Below are positions 58,140 through 64,000 of a DNA stretch of 64,000 nucleotides, piece after piece; position 1 is the stretch's first letter; every line of letters begins with the position of its first letter. A program made the position numbers and the translations under genes. The DNA is from Escherichia phage vB_EcoP_G7C. The stretch lies in the sequence record NC_015933.1; one strand, written 5' to 3'. Below the pieces are notes generated by a model. That model ran no database searches, was not told the DNA's origin, and saw only the letters and a program-made list of their open reading frames with translations.

Positions 58140-58846
58140 CGCCATCCTCGTTGTTCAAATTTAGTTTCGGTAATTGAAATACTTCCATTAGCCAGGTCGT
58201 AATCAACAACCTCACCACAGATGCTTTCATACGTTTGCAGATACTCTGCTGCTTTAGCGTTAGCTTCAGGTGTATTCAAACCAGTGTGGTAACGATAACC
58301 CACCCAGTTATGAAGTGCCGTCATTAGCGTATCAGCTAAATCAACTTCCTGTTCTTCATCACCCGTAAGAACTGGGTGCTTAGCTTGATACGTTACGTTA
58401 AGTGCCTCGAAGTGTCGAGGTCGCATACACTGAATAGTATCAGGCCGTGGGGTGAAAATAGCATGGGGGTCTGAGTCGTCGTTCAGTCTACGTCGATTCC
58501 CCGAGTTATCAAACACATTTAAGATTTTAATAACATCATCCTGGAAAGGTTTCATGAACCCATCCATGATGTACGGATATTGGACCTCAAGAGTAGGCTT
58601 AGTAAATTTGGAGTAAGCATATTTGGATTGAAGAGGATAATCAGTACGCCCTTCCTTCATCTCCACAATGCAGCTATTTGTCTTAAGAGGGAAACGACTA
58701 TGCAGTCGTACCAGTCCTTCATTAATAGCAGCCAGTATCTCCGGCTTACTATCTGGTTCAATATCTAGTCTGTCATCCGTGACTGCACCAGTACCTTTTA
58801 AGGTACTTAGTGCTAAGCCACGGTATACTTCCGATAATTTCTGCAT
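58136..58846 (-). CDS. Virion structural protein (hypothetical)
   Basis: GAGGAA RBS; stop overlaps tailspike start (ATGA). Confidence 0.65.
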   Translation of the reverse strand: MQKLSEVYRGLALSTLKGTGAVTDDRLDIEPDSKPEILAAINEGLVRLHSRFPLKTNSCIVEMKEGRTDYPLQSKYAYSKFTKPTLEVQYPYIMDGFMKPFQDDVIKILNVFDNSGNRRRLNDDSDPHAIFTPRPDTIQCMRPRHFEALNVTYQAKHPVLTGDEEQEVDLADTLMTALHNWVGYRYHTGLNTPEANAKAAEYLQTYESICGEVVDYDLANGSISITETKFEQRGWR

Positions 58847-58852
58847 GGTTCC

Positions 58853-60442
58853 TCACACAATGTATGAACGTAGTGGGTTAACACTATCTTCTTCTTCCTC
58901 ATCCCACATTGGGTCACCCTTGTTATCCACCAAAGTCATACCTGCTTGTGGTTTCCAAGGATTGAGATAACCCAGCATGGAGATAGTATCAATACAGTCA
59001 TCCTTACCTTTAATCCCATTAATGGTAGCTAGTTTAATCTGGCCCATGAAAAGACCCATAATAGTTGTATCTCTCAACTCTTCCGGGAAGTACATCTTAC
59101 CAGCTTTGAACCATGGAACTACCAGGTTAAAACGTGACAGTTTAGAGGTTACAGGACGGATGCCTGGCTTACCACCCTCAGAAGATGCAAAGTTAAAGAA
59201 GACATTACGGTTAATCATTTCTTTCTGAAGGAGTGATATGAATCCACCTTGCTGTCCTGTAATTTCGACACCAACGTTTTGTGGTTGGTATTCCTGAACC
59301 AGACGGAACAAGTCGTCAAAGTTTTTATCCATAAGCTGACGATTAGCCACACCGTCAACCCAGAACCAATCTCCATTAGAACTGTAAGCCCAAACTGATA
59401 TGACGCTGTAGTCACTGGTCTGTTTCTCCGAAGTAGCAAAGTCTGTTGTAATGTAATAGTTGTAGCAGGACTTCATCCTTAACAGTTGTTGCCTGCTGTA
59501 CCACTTAATCTCACTATCCTGAACAAGACGTTCATCTTCAGAACTAATACGAAGCATAAGTTCCTGGTAGAAACCAGCCAGCTTACCGGTCTTAACTGCC
59601 ATATCGTATTGGGCTTTGATATAGTCATACGAGAAACGGTCATCCCATGCACCCTGAAACTCTTCTCTACTACATGGGAACTTCTCGCACACAGGCCATA
59701 CGTTGACATCCCATGCACCGGACTCAACTGCTTCAATGATGATGTCTTCCTTATTAAAGGGAGTACCATTGAAGATTACTTTACGGCGTGTTGGGTCAAG
59801 AGCATGGTTCACACCTTTATAGACAGTATCCTTAATAGCTTCCATGCTTGTCTTAGAGTTAGCATCACCATCACTAATCAAGTCATCCAGTACGCATAGT
59901 GTCGGACGTTTACCATATATCTTCGTACCACGAAGACCTGTCTTAGCACCAAATAACTTAACACCCAGACGATGACCTTCTGCATTACGGAACTCTAACA
60001 GGTTATCTGTAAAAATAGCTTCGGGTATCCACTGCTGAAGGAACTCACTATTCTTGTATCGGAACTCAATGTTCTTACGTGCAGACTTAGCACCGTTATC
60101 CATTGAGTCAGATACGTAAATCATTCCTTCTACTTTACCAAGACTTGGTAAATGCCCAAACACTGCCAAGAACAAAGTAAAGTATTCCATGAACACAGCA
60201 GTCTTACCTGCACCACGGAAACACAGGTTAACTACATACTGATTCGGGGTAATCATCTTATCCAACATCTTCAGGTGAACTGGGGGTGTTTTGTTGGATT
60301 CACCCTCTTTACCATTAACCAACTTAATAAAGTTGGCAAAGGTAAGAGCAAACTGACTAGGAACATAGTTAGATGAATTAAGGTGGGAGTAATCCACCTG
60401 GTCTAGCCATTCATCTAGTTCCTGTTTAATTAACTCAGACAT
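58853..60442 (-). CDS. Terminase large subunit
   Basis: N-terminal ATPase with Walker A-like CFRGAGKTAV; C-terminal nuclease-like region; ATG 60442 with AGGA RBS (ORF-track GTG at 60463). Confidence 0.8.
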   Translation of the reverse strand: MSELIKQELDEWLDQVDYSHLNSSNYVPSQFALTFANFIKLVNGKEGESNKTPPVHLKMLDKMITPNQYVVNLCFRGAGKTAVFMEYFTLFLAVFGHLPSLGKVEGMIYVSDSMDNGAKSARKNIEFRYKNSEFLQQWIPEAIFTDNLLEFRNAEGHRLGVKLFGAKTGLRGTKIYGKRPTLCVLDDLISDGDANSKTSMEAIKDTVYKGVNHALDPTRRKVIFNGTPFNKEDIIIEAVESGAWDVNVWPVCEKFPCSREEFQGAWDDRFSYDYIKAQYDMAVKTGKLAGFYQELMLRISSEDERLVQDSEIKWYSRQQLLRMKSCYNYYITTDFATSEKQTSDYSVISVWAYSSNGDWFWVDGVANRQLMDKNFDDLFRLVQEYQPQNVGVEITGQQGGFISLLQKEMINRNVFFNFASSEGGKPGIRPVTSKLSRFNLVVPWFKAGKMYFPEELRDTTIMGLFMGQIKLATINGIKGKDDCIDTISMLGYLNPWKPQAGMTLVDNKGDPMWDEEEEDSVNPLRSYIV

Positions 60443-61124
60443 CTGTAATGTCCTCATCTGCACGTACTAGTTTAGAACCAGCAATCTCTTTAGTAGGTAC
60501 ACCACTATTGATTGCATTAATTTGCTGTTCAGCCAATGCAGCAAGCGTTGCCTTGAGGTCAGTCAACCCAGAGTTTTCTCTTAAGTCCAGATTGATATTC
60601 GTTACCTGATCTTTCGGTTTAGCTAAGTGGGTAAGGATAGAGTTAGCTGCATCACATCTTACCTTCTCACTTACCGCTGTAGTCATCAGTTCAACCTGAA
60701 CATTGATTGCCTTCTGATAGTTGTCTTGGTTCACAATCCACACCGGAACCAAACTTTGTTCCATGATGAGGTTAACTAACTTACCTCTGTGATAAGCAGA
60801 TACGTAAGCACTAATATCTTTCTCACTGGTTCCTCGAGCTACAAGTTCTGCTTGTCGGTTAGGAAATGTTTTGAAGTAGGCTTCCTTATTTGAGTAGCCC
60901 ATGTGTTTGTAAGTCACATACTGAACTGCATTCATGTAGTCCTGCGTCTTAAACTTACCCTCTTTCATAACACCAGAGTAAGAGATGAAGTTTTCACGAA
61001 ATGCTTCAGCAACCAGTTGGTCTTGGGTTATGTTGTTAATCGTGTCTACCAACTCCTGGCTTACACTGTTCTTGAAGTTAGCAGGTAAGGCATTAATGAT
61101 TTGCTGCTTAGTTAGCTCTCTCAT
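60435..61124 (-). CDS. Putative terminase small subunit / DNA-packaging protein (by position)
   Basis: 229-aa ORF immediately upstream of and overlapping the large terminase gene; first gene of the minus-strand operon. Confidence 0.4.
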   Translation of the reverse strand: MRELTKQQIINALPANFKNSVSQELVDTINNITQDQLVAEAFRENFISYSGVMKEGKFKTQDYMNAVQYVTYKHMGYSNKEAYFKTFPNRQAELVARGTSEKDISAYVSAYHRGKLVNLIMEQSLVPVWIVNQDNYQKAINVQVELMTTAVSEKVRCDAANSILTHLAKPKDQVTNINLDLRENSGLTDLKATLAALAEQQINAINSGVPTKEIAGSKLVRADEDITDV

Positions 61125-61295
61125 ACTTATCTCTCTACAAAGTTATGTCTATTAACGAAGATTCTTTTCTTGGGGTGAGATACCCCTTGAAGAAACTCTA
61201 ACACACAGTTACACTTTAGTCATGATATAGAAAAAGTTCATGATACTAAATAGTATGTAATGTTCCGATGACCCTATTCCCAAAAGGAGTAACCT
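61125..61295. promoter_or_regulatory. Divergent intergenic region likely carrying promoters for the minus-strand late operon and plus-strand small genes
   Basis: 170-bp AT-rich gap between divergently oriented ORFs; direct repeat TCATGATA x2; -10-like TATGTAAT. Confidence 0.3.
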
Positions 61296-61586
61296 TTGAG
61301 AATCTATATGAGAGTCATCGACTCTAAAGACGAATACTCAGAGATAGACCATACCAAAGCTGGCTTTATGGCTGGTGACATAATCCTTACCCATGACGAA
61401 GATACATTCCATGAGTTATCTGGAATGATGCTATTAGAGAACCGTCCTGGTATTACCATCTTAGAACCGCAAGAAACTTACTCTTTAGAAAAGTCTATTC
61501 CATCTCTTGTGTTCTTCACAAAATTACCTCATAGTGTCTCCATCAAACGAAGCAAAGATAGCGTTCGGATGACGGTGATGATGTGA
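61296..61586 (+). CDS. Hypothetical protein
   Basis: TTG start 6 nt after AAAGGAG RBS (next ATG is 19 nt from the RBS). Confidence 0.45.
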   Translation: MRIYMRVIDSKDEYSEIDHTKAGFMAGDIILTHDEDTFHELSGMMLLENRPGITILEPQETYSLEKSIPSLVFFTKLPHSVSIKRSKDSVRMTVMM

Positions 61587-61735
61587 TTAGTCATACCGCC
61601 TAGTAGACAGTGGCGGTACTCGTAAAGAGTTAATAACTTCTACAGTCAGGGTTCCCCGGCTCCTTTCCTACTCCGTAGGTCTAACGGTACATAAGTACCT
61701 AGGGGGGTGAACTGACCCGTGATTGAAAACGGTAA

Positions 61736-61771
61736 GGGGTAGGGTCGAGAGGCTCTACCCCATTTCTTTTT
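61736..61771 (+). terminator. Rho-independent terminator
   Basis: 7-bp stem GGGGTAG/CTACCCC followed by a T-rich run. Confidence 0.55.
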
Positions 61772-61787
61772 CTGGAGGCATGCAATT

Positions 61788-62186
61788 ATGAGCATCTACG
61801 CTTTTGATATTGATATTACTGGAGTACTCCGTAAACAGGAACCCTATTACCTTGGGGAACCAGAAGTAGTAAGTAAGTTCACTGCCCCGTCACAATCAGT
61901 ATTCTTACCAGATTGCGAAGAGTCCCATGAAATAATTGGTTCTCTTTTCTTATCCAATCTTCAACTTAACACTGAGATACTTACTGAACCAAGGGTGTAT
62001 GACCTTACCTATTATGATGGGTTTAACGAGTTCTTCCCCGGCATACGCTTCTATAAGATAGATGGTTGGGAATTGATAGCTGACCATAACGTCTTTAATA
62101 AGACACTTTCCATTTACTTCAGATCTATCCCTAAAGGAAGGAAAATCAATCATGAAATTCATAATGACCATCCCCAGTTTTGTTGA
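61788..62186 (+). CDS. Hypothetical protein
   Basis: CTGGAGG RBS. Confidence 0.5.
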   Translation: MSIYAFDIDITGVLRKQEPYYLGEPEVVSKFTAPSQSVFLPDCEESHEIIGSLFLSNLQLNTEILTEPRVYDLTYYDGFNEFFPGIRFYKIDGWELIADHNVFNKTLSIYFRSIPKGRKINHEIHNDHPQFC

Positions 62187-62466
62187 GGGGGAATCTATGT
62201 ACACAACTGACTTCTCTTTAGAAGAGGTCATGAACAGCAACCCCCAGCAAGTAATCCTGGTTCCTACCTTAGAGAATTATCACGAAGTAAGGGGTCAACT
62301 CTTCTTAGCAGGCAATGACCGTAAGGTTGTATGCATTATCCCACCTTCTGTCTATACCAACTATAACGCTAATGACCCCATACCGTACATGCTGGTATCC
62401 GATGAATACCAATGGGGGAGTCGTTACGAGAATGGTGAATATCATTACTACTATGTAAGGAAGTAG
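62152..62466 (+). CDS. Hypothetical protein
   Basis: AGGAAGGA RBS; 35-nt overlap with upstream ORF. Confidence 0.45.
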   Translation: MKFIMTIPSFVEGESMYTTDFSLEEVMNSNPQQVILVPTLENYHEVRGQLFLAGNDRKVVCIIPPSVYTNYNANDPIPYMLVSDEYQWGSRYENGEYHYYYVRK

Positions 62467-62469
62467 GGT

Positions 62470-62781
62470 ATGCACCTGTACTGCCTGATTAGCTATGCCA
62501 CTACCTGTTATCTATCCCCGTATACAATGGATAATATTCTGGCAGGTAAGGGGAGTGCTGCCACCATCCTATATGAACCAAGTGAAGAAGCAGAAGTATT
62601 CCTAGGTACTTGCTTAATACTGGGGCAACCTATCCAATTCATTAAGATAGTGGATTCTGTGGAAATACCGGAGCACACCTGTGTGTACATACTGTCTGAT
62701 AAAGAGCCTATGGTAGCTACTACTCTTACAGGTAGACTCATTACCCTTTACCCTTCCTCCTATTTAACTGCTTATAAGTGA
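62470..62781 (+). CDS. Hypothetical protein
   Basis: AAGGAAG RBS. Confidence 0.45.
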   Translation: MHLYCLISYATTCYLSPYTMDNILAGKGSAATILYEPSEEAEVFLGTCLILGQPIQFIKIVDSVEIPEHTCVYILSDKEPMVATTLTGRLITLYPSSYLTAYK

Positions 62782-62984
62782 GATAGCTATAATATTTTTG
62801 CATGTCAAAATTGTGATAGCTATGTATGGCTGTAGTGGTGTGACAGGGGCTACACCCTTACACGTTAACTACCCCCCCGGTATGTTGACTCATGGGTGTA
62901 CTACCCTACCCCACCTTACACCTTACACGTTGCTCCGCAACTTATGGACATGTCGTCCTATCATCAACTATTGGAGCTATCATC

Positions 62985-63308
62985 ATGACTACTACCGCTA
63001 CTGTACGTATGACCGCAGGAACTCTGCTGGGTACTGTTAACTCTGCTGCTACTACTGTTGCAGATTCATTCGGTGCTGCTACTAAAGCAGTTGGTATGCT
63101 TAATTCTTACGTAGCTACTATGGCAAAGAAACAAGCCATTCGTACTAAATTAGAAATGCATACTTTCGAAAACAAATTAGCTGAAGAAACAGCTATGAAC
63201 GAGACTATGCGTAAGAAAAGTATCGAAGAATTCTGCAAAGACCCAGAAAACGCTCGTATCTACAACGCAGAATATTCAAGAATAATTGACATCCTGTCCC
63301 AGGACTAA
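62985..63308 (+). CDS. Hypothetical protein (T/A-rich N-terminus, charged helical C-terminus)
   Basis: ATG at 62985 with TGGAGC RBS (ORF-track start 62892 lacks RBS). Confidence 0.45.
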   Translation: MTTTATVRMTAGTLLGTVNSAATTVADSFGAATKAVGMLNSYVATMAKKQAIRTKLEMHTFENKLAEETAMNETMRKKSIEEFCKDPENARIYNAEYSRIIDILSQD

Positions 63309-63311
63309 CCA

Positions 63312-63333
63312 AAAATCCCCAGAAATGGGGATT
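63312..63333. terminator. Hairpin with GAAA tetraloop (terminator-like)
   Basis: Perfect 9-bp stem AAATCCCCA/TGGGGATTT with GAAA loop. Confidence 0.4.
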
Positions 63334-63430
63334 TAAAACCTAAACGCTCCGCGTTGTTTCGAAGACAACTCCGGTGAACTACTGCAAGGCTAAACCCATA
63401 GGAGGCTCTTCGAGCCCCTTTTAAGGGCAT

Positions 63431-63445
63431 TAGATAGATAGATAG
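63431..63445. repeat. Short tandem repeat (TAGA)3TAG
   Basis: tagatagatagatag in an intergenic region. Confidence 0.8.
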
Positions 63446-63481
63446 TCAGTTCTGTATAAAAAGATAAAAGAGATACCTACT

Positions 63482-63628
63482 ATGAGCAAACTAAAAAACG
63501 CATTCATGCTGATTGTCAGTGTCCTTGCACTTGTTGCTATGGTTTCCGTATACATTGGAAAACCTCTGGTAAACACTGACTATGGTAATGGTCAGAAAGT
63601 AAAATCCATCCTGCTAATGGATAAGTAA
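63482..63628 (+). CDS. Small membrane protein (48 aa, one TM helix)
   Basis: ATG with AAGAG upstream; FMLIVSVLALVAMVSVYI hydrophobic helix. Confidence 0.35.
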   Translation: MSKLKNAFMLIVSVLALVAMVSVYIGKPLVNTDYGNGQKVKSILLMDK

Positions 63629-63682
63629 AAACTGGGCTGTTCCACAGCTTACGGATACATTTCAACCAATTAGGAGACATCC

Positions 63683-63898
63683 ATGCACGCAGAAAATATC
63701 CGTATAATTGAGAATTGCTTCAGCGATAAACCAGTAGACCTCAGCAATGCAAGAAGGTCTACAGATAAAGAATACAGAGAGTTTCTCTCCTTACTCGATG
63801 AATACCGTATGCAAGGGCATGTTGAGTTACATGCCTATCTGCATAACTCAGGCTACTTCATGGATAAACTGGAAGCTGAAACAGGCTGTCCATTCTAA
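63683..63898 (+). CDS. Hypothetical protein
   Basis: TAGGAGA RBS 6 nt upstream of ATG. Confidence 0.5.
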   Translation: MHAENIRIIENCFSDKPVDLSNARRSTDKEYREFLSLLDEYRMQGHVELHAYLHNSGYFMDKLEAETGCPF

Positions 63899-64000
63899 GT
63901 AAACCATTCCCTCTTAGGAGGGAATTAGCCATCTTTAGATAGTTCAACTAGAAAGATAGCTATTCGCAGAAGATGCGAAGCAGCATCTACTTTAAGATAA

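Noticed and set aside
62798-63040. 80-aa plus-strand ORF
   Set aside because: Overlaps the better-supported ORF beginning at 62985 in another frame; no RBS
63431-63445. Possible CRISPR array or iterons
   Set aside because: Only a 15-nt (TAGA)n microsatellite; no spaced direct repeats anywhere in the window
1-64000. Prophage/integration features (integrase, att sites, repressor)
   Set aside because: None found; gene content is that of a virulent phage, and the T-arm motifs are not next to any recombinase

Overview
This window reads as one contiguous stretch of a virulent N4-like (Schitoviridae) podovirus genome, with no host genes and no integrase or lysogeny module. That identification rests on gene content and order read from the sequence; no database search was run. 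Layout: (1) 1-25.2 kb, plus strand, tightly packed replication and nucleotide-metabolism genes (MoxR-like AAA+ ATPase and VWA protein, dCTP deaminase, ThyX, rIIA/rIIB-like pair, SF1 helicase, family-A DNA polymerase, Cas4-like nuclease, putative primase, P-loop ATPase, SSB-like, RuvC-like resolvase) with three AP2-HNH homing endonucleases inserted between them; (2) 25.4-26.6 kb, an ORF-poor island of about 1.25 kb dense in stable stem-loops with two canonical tRNA T-arm motifs, followed by small ORFs and convergent terminators; (3) 27.3-61.1 kb, minus strand, the virion/late module: giant virion RNA polymerase (about 3750 aa), internal virion proteins, major capsid, portal, a lysis cassette (embedded spanin pair, GH108 muramidase, holin candidates), two tailspikes (SGNH esterase and beta-helix) and terminase; (4) 61.3-64 kb, plus strand, small ORFs separated by hairpins. 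The most interesting unexplained element is the structured RNA island; the dual-tailspike module, the Cas4-like nuclease and the MoxR/VWA pair are the next candidates.
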